Source: Gnetum montanum (lineage: Eukaryota > Plantae > Gnetophyta). From it: DNA of 63,494 bases. The stretch is taken from positions 9,149 through 72,642 of the forward strand of contig MNCI01000296.1 of NCBI GenBank assembly GCA_015680685.1, read 5' to 3'. Position 1 is the stretch's first letter; each line of letters starts with the position of its first letter. The position numbers and the translations under genes were made by a program. Below, piece by piece: positions 41,491-54,107 of the stretch. Below the pieces are notes generated by a model. It was not told the DNA's origin, did not search any database, and saw nothing but the letters and a program-made list of their open reading frames with translations.

Positions 41491-41779
41491 CCTTCATAAC
41501 CTCTGTCTGAAATGACGTTAAACTATCTTGTGTCCAAAATGACAATAAGCTAATAATGGCCTAGAAAGGCTTTAAACTAGCCTACGTCCTGGAATGGCCT
41601 AAAACTATCACTTTTTGCATTGCTTTTCTTTCATTCATACATTTTAACTCTATTTACAACAGGTGTCACTTGATTTTTTTTTCTTTCTAGTTGACTTTTA
41701 CAGGATCTTGCAAGCACACAGCATGACCATATATACGACATTACATCTTTCACAAGCAAGGTAAGAACAGTCATGGAGC

Positions 41780-42107
41780 TATGAATTAAAACTGATACCA
41801 CAGAATATTCCTGGATCATGACTTAAAATTGATACCACAGAATAGTCCTGGCATCTTGGCATCATGACTTAAAACTAATACCACAAAATAGTCCTGGATC
41901 ATGACTTAAAACTGATACCGCAGAGTAGTCCTGGATCATGACTTAAAACTAATATCACACAGTAGTCCTGGCATCATGACTTAAAATTGATACGACAAAG
42001 TAGTCCTAGCATCATGACTTAAAACTGATACCACAAAGTAGTCCTGGCATCATGACTTAAAACTGATACCATAGAACTCTGTCTGGTATGACACTAAACT
42101 GCTACAN
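41780..42107 (+). repeat. ~38-40-bp tandem repeat array in the D 3' region (CATGACTTAAAACTGATACCACAGAATAGTCCTGG)
   Basis: About 8 near-identical units. Tandem arrays in the 3' region are known from Ogre/Tat elements. Confidence 0.9.
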
Positions 42108-45100
42108 GGTGCTAGTTTAGCGTCATAGCAGATGGTGCATTTCTAGTTTATAGTCATGGTGGACTGTGAAGAGGCAAACTAGTTTATAGCCTTAGTGGAC
42201 TCTGGATGCTAGTTTTCATGTCATGGCCAACGGATGTAGCAGTTTAGTGTCATACCAGACAGAGTTCTATGGTATCAGTTTTAAGTCATGATGCCAGGAC
42301 TACTTTGTGGTATCAGTTTTAAGTCATGATGCTAGGACTACTTTGTCGTATCAATTTTAAGTCATGATGCCAGGACTACTGTGTGATATTAGTTTTAAGT
42401 CATGATCCAGGACTACTCTGCGGTATCAGTTTTAAGTCATGATCCAGNACACTTCATCATGATGACAAGGTATCACATTTTTCCTGATGCACACAACTAG
42501 GTTAATCAATCCATTCATAAGTACATTCCTGACTCTTGATACATTCCCTATTCCCCATCATGCTCCCTTATCCTATCCAATTATATCCCCTTGATACATT
42601 CTGCTCACCTCAAAACTCTTGATACGTTGTTGCACACTATAACTCCCTAAGCAGTTGCAACGCAAAACACAGTACACAATGCATGACATAAAATGCAAGT
42701 GCTTGAACACGAGAACAGCACACAAAGCAAGCTCTTTCAAAAAGACCAAAGAAAAAAAAAAGACAAAGAAAGGCATAAACAAAAGAGAAAACAAACAAGA
42801 ACAAACAAAAAAGGAAAAGCAAAAAAGGTCAAAGAGAAAAATACACAAAAAAGGTCTTCATGATCCTGTTGACATCATAAACAAAAGACTATTGGCCATT
42901 CTCATACAAGCCCTAGGCGAGAAGGAAATTGTCTTGAAAAAATAGTTACACTTATGTCTCAAAAAGACCATGTTACAAATCATCGCGTGGCTTTGGCTGT
43001 TCACAACGGGCCTCGTAAACACTCTTTAAGAGTCCCGTTTCTCCAAAGAACGCACCTCCTATGTCTTGGTTCCAAGTTTGCTGAAAACCCAGCTGTTGAC
43101 AAGGACCAATGACATAACTTGTTCACGAGAGAGCATTCCTCTCCCACAAATTCCAACAACAATTTTCACCCTCGACCAACTCCTGGCTTCCTCTAGTTAC
43201 AACCAATCCCCTTGCATCTTGAACTACATTCCCCCAATCCCAATCCCATGTACTTTTGAAAATGATGCGATGACATTCGGCCAAGGGTTGACGGTTAATG
43301 TTTGATGCTTTGTTGTTCATGGTGTTTTGCACTTCTTTGTCGACACCTCTCGTGTGGATTCCTTCAGGCGTCAACAAAGAGGGGCCAATGAAACACCACA
43401 AAAATTTTAGCAACACTTCCAGACAACTTCAGAGCCTCTGAAACAGCTTCAAGCAGCCCACCATGGAGTAAGCAAGGTTCCCCTGGGATCCACAGATCAC
43501 GACGGTAAGTCTCGGTGTCAAGAATCATCAGTTTCAAGGTCAAAAAGCGTAATTTTGGCTAAGTACAATGTGCTTGCGTTGTGCTTACGCTGCACAATGT
43601 AAGGATCAGCGTCACCAACTTTTGGGGCCTCGAAACTGAATCAAAATAGGCCAAAATCAAGCACAAGGATTGTCCAAGACCTTCACCAAGGTCCCTAGCA
43701 ACTCCCAGCCTCCAAAAAATCAAAATTCGGGCCTTAAATGAGGTATTTTCAGTTGATTACGCTGGGGCTACATTTTCTTACGCTACACAGCGTAAACCAC
43801 TATTCATCAACGTAAACCACTATTCACAGCGTAAACCACTATTCACAGCGTAAAACACTATTCATCGCATGAACACTATTCAGCAACTTCTAGAAAATTC
43901 TCAACATCAACAACTTCTAGAAAATTCCAAAAAATTTCAAAAAAACTCAGGGACAAAGAAGTTTCAAGCAGGACAGAAAAAATTTCCCTTATACATTTCA
44001 TTGTAAATTTTTATTTGTGGGATATTCAAGCCCTCACGGTCTAAATTAAATGTACTTTCATGGGCTTGAATAACCCATAAATTGTAAAATGTGATGCACC
44101 TGGTCAAGAACGTAGCTTGCCCACACATATCCAACTCTCGCCAACACGCATCAAACCCGAACACAACTGTCCATTGGATACATGTCACTAGATCCTCTTT
44201 CCTTTCATCTCCCAGCTGTTGATTCCATTTTGGAAATTCTATGCTAGAGCCCAGCCTAACCCTATAAATACCCTATCAATTCACATGAATCGGGGGAGGC
44301 AAACAATTGGAGAGATTGGAAATTCTTAGAGAGGACAGAACCTGCAATCCTCGGGTGCTCGGCACACCTGACTGTTGGCATCCAAGCATTTCTCACGTTT
44401 ATCACATCACATTATCGCATCATCACTTCAAACATCATCCCGGGGCTTAGTGCTTGACCTGCCATCCACACATGCAACTACACTTTAACTGGTGCATACA
44501 TTTTTATTAAACAATTCAATACAGTTCATTGCCTTCCATTTACATTATTTAGTTCTATTTATGCTTTGTTTACAATATAGCTCTATTTACACTTTATTTA
44601 TAATTTAGTACACTCTGTTTACATTTTGTGTTGTTGTTTGCATTTCGTTTACATCCCATTTACATCGTTTACGATAACCCCAGCGCTAGCCGTAGCTTAT
44701 GCTTGGGGAAGTCCTTGGTTGATTTGCGTGCAAACCATCCAAGGCACTCTGCCTTCGTTCCCTTTTCCAGCTTGCCCTCAAGCGAAGGTAGGGTCAGTTG
44801 TGGCTACCCGACGATCTCTCAGTGTTTGTTTCCCTTCCAGCCTTACACTGAAGATTTAGGTCAGTACATATACCTAAGCACACCTTGTGTCCAAAAATAA
44901 AGATGAACTTTGTGATAAACCTTACAACATTCAGAATAACTTAATTATTTCATTTAAATGTTATTTACTATTATTTTCTACTCTCATTATTACTTAATGT
45001 ATTTTTATTGAATTGTTAATTATCAATGAATTAGCACACTCAGTACGACCACTTTGAGCATACATGGAACACTTGGTAACCCAGTAATGATTAGCGTTTG

Positions 45101-45463
45101 GCAATCCTAGTAGTGTTACATTGGTTCAAGATGTGTCCGAAAAGTGGGAGAAAATGCTAGTGTTAGGACTAGTTAGAGCATAGTTGATTAGTTAAATCAA
45201 ATTAGTTACTCAATTATTTTATTTCTTCATTTTAAGTACCAAGAACATAAAACATAAAAAGAAGCATAAAAATCATATACCTCAAGTTTACTTAACCATA
45301 TAATTATGCCTTACAAGTAAACTTGGGAAGATAATGATCACATAACCCATCCTTGTTCTGTGTAAGCACATAAGCACTTAATCCTTGGAGTTCGACTCGA
45401 TTGTGCATAAATGCTCACATTCATATGGTTGGGCGTAGGGGTACCTTACTGCTCATCACTAGC

Positions 45464-48400
45464 GTAACACATTAAATCAAATGGATAATTCCAATTAGGT
45501 GCATTTAATATGGGGGTTGTGATGACTCAGTTTTTTAATTTCAAAAATGACTCTTGATAGTTATTAGTCTAAACAAATGAAACATCTTTTTCTAGAAGCA
45601 TGTATAATGGTATAGAAATTTTAGAAAACTCTTTTATAAACCTCTTATGATACCCAACATGTCCTAGAAAAGATCGTAGAGTTTTTAAATTAGTTGGAGT
45701 TGGAAGTGTAGTTATGACCCTTACCTTGTCATCATCCATTCTTATCCCATTTTTACAAATAACATGTCCTAGCACAATCCCCCTTGTAATCATCAATTGA
45801 CTCTTTTCCCAAATTATTTTTAAATTCTTATTAATACATCTATCTAAGACATTTTTAAGATGCTTCAAAGTTTCATCATAAGAGTTCTTGTAGACTAAAA
45901 AATCATCTATAAAAACCTCAACATAATCTTCTAACATATATGAAAAGATAGAGATCATGGCTCTTTGGAAAGTTTTTGGTGCATTATAAAGACAAAAAGA
46001 CATTTGTTTATAGGAAAAAGTTCCATAGGAACATGTGAAGGTTGTTTTGTGCTAGTCTTCTAGGGCAATAGGAACTTGATTATGGTCACTAAATCCATCC
46101 AAATAATAATAATATTTATGTCCTTCTAGCCTTTCTAAAATTTGTTCTATGTATGGTAATGGAATATGATCTTTTTTTTGTATCATGATTTAGTCTCCTA
46201 TAATCTGCACAAACTCTCCATTTTCCACCTTTTTTAGGAACTATATAGTAATGGGGCTGATTCATTCACTATCAGTTATTGGGTAAATGATACCTTCTTT
46301 CCAAAGTTTGAAAATTTTATCCTTAACAATTTGTTTTAAAGCTAGATTGATTCGTCTTAGGGGAATTTGTATTGGTTTCACATTGTCTTCAAGATGGATA
46401 TGATGTTGGTAAATGTTGGGTGAAATTCCTTGGTGAAGATCCTCATAACTTTATGCAAATGACTCTAATTTCTTATGTAAGACTTCTAATAATTGGCTTT
46501 CTTGTTAATTAGTAAGTTGGGAATTTATTATTAATGGTTTATTATAATCTAGGTAAACATACTTACATGTACTAGGTAGCTCTCTAAGATCCAAGGAATC
46601 TTTTATTGTAGGTTGAATGATTTCTCCAATATTTCCTAAGCCTAAATTTAGGATTTTGTTAAGGAAATCTTGTTGTTTTTCAGTTAAGGGGTCTAATGAT
46701 CCTTCCTCAAAATTATTCAATACTAAGGCTTCCCTATCTTATGCCATTGCTGATGTGGGTAGACTATAGATCATTTGGGTTTCCTTTAAGTTTGCATCCT
46801 CTTTTACCTTATTATATATATTTAGTGTAAAAGTAAGGTTGGCAAAAGAGAGTTGAAGTTTTCCTTAACTACAATTAATTACTGCTTCAGCTGTTACTAG
46901 CCAAGGTCTACCTAAAATAATAGGAAAACAATCAAAATCCTTTACTTCTAAAACTACAAAATCAATTGGATATTGTCGTTTTTCCTCCTTTATTATCAAG
47001 TTCTTAATTATTCCTATTGGCTTAACATTTAATCCATCAGCCAAAGATATTGTCATATTTACCTTTCTAACATCCTCAATATTAAGTATTTTACCGTTTT
47101 AAGAGACATGATATTAATGCTAGCCCCTAAATATAATAATGCATATTTAATTACTAGGCCATTTATTTTAATAGGGATTGTGGGGATTCTTGGGTCTTAG
47201 CACTTGGGAATCTCATGATGTTGTATGAGTTGAGAAAGATTATCTACTAGATAAACTTGTTTAGGAAGTTTTTCTTTCCTTTTGTTAGTACATAATTCTC
47301 TTAAGTACTTAGCATAAAGAGGTGTATCTTTCACTACTTGTTCCAAAGGAATATGTAGGTATAGTTCATTAAACATTTTTTCCAGATGAGCTTTAGTCAT
47401 GAAATCTTCTTGTAGCCTCTTAGGAAAAGGAGGTGAAGTTGATTGTTTGAAGGGTAGCGGTTGGTCACACTTCTATTTTGTTGAGACTCCTCATTTATTT
47501 GTGGTTGTACTCCTTCTTATGTCCCTACTTCTTGAAATCTCACCTTCTTTTGGTGTTTTGGTTCAATTGTCTTGCCACTCCTTGTCATAATGGAATGTAA
47601 TTGTTATTTTCCTTTTCTTTGAGATATGGGATAAGGTTCAGGTTGGGATGGAAACGCATTTTTGGCTAAGTCATAAAATCTTCTTCTAGTCTCACTCATA
47701 AATTGTTTGCTTCCTTCTATAAAGGAGATGAGGCTTTGGATGAGTTTATCTAAATGTTCATTAGTTAGACTCTTCAATGACCTAAAATTACTCTAAGGAT
47801 ATTGTTGTGGGTAAAATGGTCTTTGAGGAAAGTTCATTGTTGGTTGGCTCTTGTATTGTTGGAAAGCCTTCACTGACTCTTGCATTTCCTCTTGACAATA
47901 GTACAAGGCTAAACAAGTTGTCTGGTCATGTTGAGGATTTCCACAAATGTTGCATATTTCACCATGAATTACATGAGCCTATTTCTTAATCAATCATGTC
48001 AATTTGTCTACTTTTTTATTTAATTTTTAGTTTTTTGGTCATGCCTTGCATGATGTTGGATTTTGGCCAATGTTTACATTGATTAACTAATGAGTTTATG
48101 ATTTTCCAACCATCTTCAAGTGCACATTTAAAATGTTCCCATCCCCAACACCCCCACCACCACTCCCCTCCCCCCCACATGCAAAGTCAACATTTTGCCT
48201 ACAATAAGGTAGTAAGTCTTCGATAAAGATATGAATTAATTGATGGCCTGGGAAGCCATGGTTTGGGTTTTTTAAGCACAATCCTTTAAATGTATCAAAG
48301 GTGTTTTCATAGTCTTTATCTTCATGTTTCATGAAACTCATTAATTGTTTCCTTAATGAGTACAACCTATCATTGGAAAGGAATCCTTTTTGGAAAGCAT

Positions 48401-48967
48401 TCTTAAACTCATTCCATGAACTAATTTGTGTTCTAAGGATTTGTAGCCAAAAATCAAGTTTTTCTTTTAAGGTTGGTTTGAAAGAAATCATCTTAGTCCT
48501 ATCCCCAATTAGAGGTGCTAACATAGCCACTATTGTTTCAAATTCTTGTATGTGGATAATTGGATCCTCATCATTTGTCCCCTTGAAAATAGGTAAAAGG
48601 TGAATGTTCTTAACTTTTACATCTCTCCCTTGTGGAAAGACTAATGGTCTTAAGGTATAATAGATGTTCTTTGGTTTAATAATTCTCGGAGGCTTTGTCC
48701 AGGGTAGGTTTGACCAATTGTAACATTGGAACTAAAACTACCAAAGGAGAAAGGCATGGAACCAATGGAAAATGGGGGAGGTGTCTGTTGTGAAGATGAT
48801 CCCATTGTATATGTAGAAGTTACTATTAGGGTTACTGTAGGAGCTGGCGTAGACATACAGATTGAAGTTTGGAAAGTGCTTATTGGTTGAGTTGTTCCTC
48901 TAATTGTAGTCACAAATGTTGATATTGGGGTAGTATTTTGAGATTCTACTCCTGCAGCTGAATTCAT
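45464..48967 (-). pseudogene. Element A gag, protease and RT
   Basis: gag SWNEFKNAFQKGF and CLKNPNHGF; AP ALLYLGASINIMS and PIILGRPWL; RT MSFCLYNAPKTFQRAM, VEVFIDDFLVY and LRSFLGHVGY. Confidence 0.95.
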
Positions 48968-49453
48968 GGCTAGTATTGAAATGGTTGGGGTATCAAATAG
49001 AGAATTAACTAATATGGAAAAATCAAAACCTGATTACATTGATTCCTCTTTGTTTTGTCTTTTTTAAACCTTTGTGTGTTTATAAAGGCTAAGAGTGTTT
49101 CTAGGGGATTGAATACATGTTAGTTTCCTTGGTCACTTAACAAATTTCATTTAACAAGAACACTCTTTGGTGGCACATTCATGGGTTAGCATTCCTAATA
49201 TTTTACAAATAGATTTAATAACTTTGATTATAACTTTTTTGATGGTTTCAGTTGGTTATGCAAGAAGAGGAGTTGATTCTTGGAAATTTTCTTTTCTTTT
49301 CTTTTAGATTTTTTAAGGCAGGAAAAACATGTAAAAGAAACCATGTCTTAATTTACTTAATTAAAAAACATAAAATAAATTAAAATGAAATGCTTATGAA
49401 AAATAAAAAATTTGAACATACAGAGCCCTTGATAAAGACTAACTTTACTGGCC

Positions 49454-49471
49454 TCCTTGGGAATGATGCCA
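49454..49471 (-). other. Degenerate PBS of A (tRNA-Asp type)
   Basis: Minus strand TGGCATCATTCCCAAGGA, 2 nt inside the 5' LTR end. Confidence 0.65.
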
Positions 49472-49473
49472 AT

Positions 49474-49995
49474 TAATGAGCCAAGCAAAATTTAGCACTA
49501 GATATTGTTAATATTTGTCTTCGTTTCTTTTGTTGTAGAAATTTTCACCTCATCTATGATTGACCCACAAGTCGTATCCCTTGGAGGAATGGTTCCAAAG
49601 TCAAATAATCATCAAGACAATAAATGGTCAAAATCAAATCTAAACAAATTCCACACTTATGCGTGTCACTCATAAGTAAAATTATGAACCTTGATCCTAA
49701 CTTCTAATTACAAGTTCAAGAATAAATATTTATAATTAAATCAAATTAGAGTCAAAGTTACAAGCATAGATGATGATGAAAATTACAAGGGAGACTTCAC
49801 CTAAATTTTTATTATGCCTTATTGTCTAGACAATGCACCAACTTCAATAGTCCAACACTAGACTCTAATGATTTATGGTTGCCACAAGGTTCCAACAAAT
49901 TCTCACTCAATAATTCCTCAAAGAAATTAGACTTCAACTTAATGTTGTTTTTGCTTGGAAATCAATTTTGGACTTTCTCTTTTTATGTATACATT

Positions 49996-50027
<32 letters not shown>

Positions 50028-50444
50028 ATTTGAATCTTGGACATGTATTTACACTCTAAGGGTATCTAAAATGAACTATGAGATAATCGATCCTTATCAC
50101 AGGCATCGATGTCAATCGATATCTACTTTGTTAATTTCTATTCCAACCTCGATCTCTCGTAATCATTACCACAAGTTTCTTATCTCTATTTTGATCAATA
50201 TTCAGATTTGCTCCTCCTAGTCAATCCATGATATCGATCCTTATTGCTATTAAGGTCTAGATTGATTTCGTATGTATCAATCCTTATCCTTATCACTATC
50301 GCGATTACCTATAATAGCCATAAAAAACATCATTAGTTCATATCAATTTAGGTAGCAAAAATTGATGATTTTTGATATGTCATATGATAAAAAAAAAACT
50401 TTATCCGTTACTATGTAACGTAAAACATTTTACGAGGTTCAATA
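49474..50444 (-). repeat. Element A 5' LTR
   Basis: Aligns with 15512-16476; contains (CT)n at about 49996-50021. Confidence 0.9.
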
Positions 50445-50449
50445 AATGT

Positions 50450-52100
50450 CCTCACAAGCTCTTTACTGTCAAGCATATCGAAGACAAGCAAATGCATTAG
50501 TCTATTAATTGTTCCACATTGATCAATTAGTGTTTTACAATCTACATAAGCATCAATTGCAAAATTTGATAACAAAGTGAGATAACATATAAGCATGATA
50601 GTTTCATGCATATAATAAGATAATAAGGTAAGCAAAAAAAAGAAAATTTAAATTTCTAAACAAATCATATGCAATAACAACATCAAGTTCACTTGTTTCT
50701 TTATTCAATTACTTGTTCTTATGGATCAATTATTCTTTGTTGTGTTCAATAAAAATAAATAATTTTCTAGCTGCTTTAAGTGTTGGATTTCATGCAAATT
50801 TGTTAGAGATGTTTATGGTAATGACATTAAAGAGAAGCTTGAAAAACAAGGAAATATATAAAGAAAATATAGAAAGTGCACAACATCATACCATCATTAA
50901 GGTCTTTTATAATGTTACTTTTGTCATGGTGAATATTTTCGAAAACATCATTTTTAACTACCAAGGCATTTCTTAACAAGCTAGTTTTAGTATTTGGCAT
51001 TATAATTTCATCATCCATTTTCTCATTTTAAATAAGAAGCTTCTCTATGTAGCTATTTCTATGAGCTACAAAATTCTCTATTTTAGCCTTTGGTTGATTG
51101 TTTCATTTAGCACGAGGGACTTAGATTTTAGCTCCTCCACAACATTCCAAAGTGTTGCAATACTTTCAGAATACTTATGTAATGTCTTAATCACATTTTC
51201 TAACTTATCTTTAATTGCTTTAAGAAGACATTTGTCATGATGGCACACATCTTGCAAAGATGGTTTATCATTTTCTTTCAAATTAGATGAGATATCGAGT
51301 CTCTTAGATAATGATGCATTCTTAAAAATGCTTTCTATATCCAATGTCACTATATCCTAAAGTTGAATTGGGATAACTTGTTTATTCTTTTTCTGTAATA
51401 AATTACTGACAATAATTGGAAAACCAAGAGACTCTCTAGTATCATGTAGTTGTCATGCCCTTGCATGCATCCTCATCTCAAACAGTATGGTCACTAGGAT
51501 ATCAAAAGGAAAACCTTCATTGTTATTCAATGCCCACATGACTGAAATTGCATTATTGGATATGTTTGCTTTGATTTCTCTCACTAGAAATAAAGCCCAC
51601 TACATAAGTTTGGACAATAATTTGGATTGCTCTTTTTCTTATCAATTTTTTTGGTATATTGAATTAGGTGATTTTTGCTTTTCTTCCACCTTCGTTTCTT
51701 AATAGCTGGCTCATTACTACGTATAAATTTTGACCTTGTACAATGGCCTGCAAAGTATTTACCCCAATTGACACACCATCAGTTAACCATTTATAAAAAT
51801 TGTAAACAACATTTTTATCAAAACAGCCATCCATTGTCATCCAATTATAAATTCCAATTCTCTTTAATTTCTTAGAAAGGATAGACATTTCTAGAAACTC
51901 CAAAATACTTTCAACATTACATTTACAGACTAAGGAAATAACTGTAATCTCAGAAATTAAATGAAGTTTAGAATAACATAAAGCTAACAAAATTCATTGA
52001 TAAGTAAATATCTACAATTCAAAAAACTACATGTACTCACATGGAAGATCCCTTTTGTTATTCCCAGTAACTTTTACCACATTCATGATTGTATAGAACT
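50450..52100 (-). pseudogene. 5' part of the Ulp1 gene: PF20167-like domain plus coiled coil, apparently multi-exon
   Basis: KKLKRIGIYNWMTMDGCFDKNVVYNFYKWL (51870-51785), ISVMWALNNNEGFPFDILVTILFEM...LGFPIIVSNLL (51550-51395) and a coiled coil in ORF 51078-51350. Removing A joins ...KELVRT to SYALYVTTRFSFKSIYQDEWKQWLDND in frame. Confidence 0.65.
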
Positions 52101-54107
52101 ACAACAATACCAACCAGTATGAAGACAAATTTTAACAGACAAATAGCCTATTGAAGCTATGTTACAATAAAAATAACATTATTAGTAGACATTCCAGAAC
52201 TTGCAAGTATTTTTTTAGCACATCTTAACAATTTAACATCATGAAAATAGACAAAATAAAATTGGATCGCCTCTAACAAATCATACAAACTGTAACATTT
52301 TAACCATGGACACAATCCAGTAGTGAGAATGCAAGTAAATTTTGTGATCAAACAACTATCATTAATCAACTATTAAAATAACAATAATCCTTCCACTAAG
52401 TATACGACCTTTCAATAATCAACTTCTTTAAAAATGGTAACTTTAGAGATATCAAAAATTAATTTCTTCACTATCGATACCTAACCTCAAATGTGACCAT
52501 TTTCAACCTAACAAAGAAACATGATGCCATCGTTCTAAATGATGTGTTTAAATATTACACTTCATTAATTGTATCAATTAGAATACATGGGCTTGATCCA
52601 ATTAACTTATGCTAAGATATGAAATCATTTTGGAGATAATGATTAGTTGAATTGATCCAACATAACCTACGAGCCTACGAGGTTAAGAGAGAATTCAAAA
52701 CTATAATTTAAACTTTTAAAATGACTAATTAAAAAACTAGATGACTAAAGAGTTTATATAAATATAGTTTGATAGATAAGTTTAATGCTTTCTTGGAAAT
52801 ATGTGTTGAACTCTAATGACACTTTAAACACTCTTACATAAGTTGTTGTTGGCTAAATTCTATTATCGAATTATGCTACAAACCTATTTAATAGGAAAAT
52901 ATGGTTTATAACAAAGCACTTTTTTCACTATTACCATGAAAGGGTGTTTAAGTTGACCTATGATATCTAAAATAATTGCTAGACTTTAAATCAAAATGAG
53001 AAACACATTCACCATCACATAAAACCTACATTTTCATAAATATGATGATCAACAAAGTGAACATTGCAGAATAAATTTTTTTTTGATAAAATACAATATG
53101 AGCACTTTTTTTTCCCAAGACAAGACTTATATCAGAATTTAAAAAAAAAATTCTAGATGTTGTACAATGTAATTCTAGTCCACATTCACTAGTAAATATA
53201 GATTTTTGTTCACAAAACCATGATTCACTAGCAATGCCAAAACAAATGAAGTTAAATGTTATGTAAAGAACTCAATTTTTTATGGGACAACCACTAGAAA
53301 ATGCATTGTGCACAACAACAATCATGGTGCTTAGTTACAAGTGTGAAACAAAGCAAAGTGCCATGAATTATCATGCAAATATATATTACTATGAAAACAT
53401 ACCAAAAATAACTTAAACAAAGTAGAAAATTGAAATTACAAAACACCCAAAACCTTGCAATGAATGAGAGCATTGACAGCAAGCAACAAAAGAGGGAGGT
53501 CCTTCATAATACCACTAGCAAGGAAACTAAACATGAAAACAAAGAAAACATTTACCTAACCCTTGCTGGTGAAAATTTTCAATGACTTCCGGGTTGAATA
53601 AGTGAGCTGCGGATGAAGAGCACCTAAAACTTGAAACGCTTTGGATAGTCTTGTATTATGTATATGCATATTGAGAATATTTACCGATGCATTATAATAA
53701 ATTAGTTTTGTATCATAATAAATCAGGGCAGGAGTTTCTGGTAAGATCCAGAGCAGGAGAAAATAGGTAGGATTTTAATGCAGAAAATATGTAGGATTTT
53801 AATGCGCAATGCAGACATTGAGAACAAGGCAAGAATAAGGTGACAATTTCAATGTATATGTATATGTATAGATTTAAACAAAATTTCATTATACGGACCC
53901 ATTGTGGATTTAATGCGCTTCTGTTCGCGCTCCCATTGTAGATTTAATGCACTTCTGTCCGCGATCCCGAATCGACCGGGAATCGCTAATATCCAATACA
54001 TAGAACTGAACTCAAGATTTAATATGTACAATTGCAGCAGAGGGATGACAGAAACAGAGCTTAAACCAAAACTGAAAACCACAACAAAGGCTTAGCTAAT
54101 AAGCATA

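Larger units (their letters stand above)
36876..44868 (+). mobile_element. Element D: non-autonomous Tat/Ogre-like LTR retrotransposon inserted in the 3' LTR of B
   Basis: TSD TATAC at 36871-36875 and 44869-44873. LTRs 36876-38346 and 43389-44868 (TG...CA). PPT AAAGAGGGGCCAA at 43376-43388. Has gag, AP and a 3' tandem array but no RT or INT. Confidence 0.93.
22043..45458 (+). mobile_element. Element B: Athila-like Ty3/gypsy LTR retrotransposon inserted in the RNase H of A
   Basis: TSD CTAGC at 22038-22042 and 45459-45463. Removing B restores FDLMCYASDMTIGVVLGQ. LTRs are 22043-22906 and 36599-45458 (the latter split by D). Confidence 0.95.
15512..50444 (-). mobile_element. Element A: Athila-like Ty3/gypsy LTR retrotransposon, host of the nest
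   Basis: Paired LTRs 15512-16476 and 49474-50444. TSD GATGT (15507-15511) / AATGT (50445-50449). Domain order gag-AP-RT-RH-INT plus a 3' ORF on the minus strand. Confidence 0.92.

Noticed and set aside
41780-42107. CRISPR-like regular repeats
   Set aside because: Units are near-identical along their whole length with no unique spacers, no cas genes, and a eukaryotic retroelement context.
41894-42447. Perfect ~210-bp inverted repeat in the D tandem array
   Set aside because: Block 42109-42447 is bounded by single Ns and 42236-42447 is an exact reverse complement of the preceding sequence. It is most likely a mis-oriented contig overlap, not biology.
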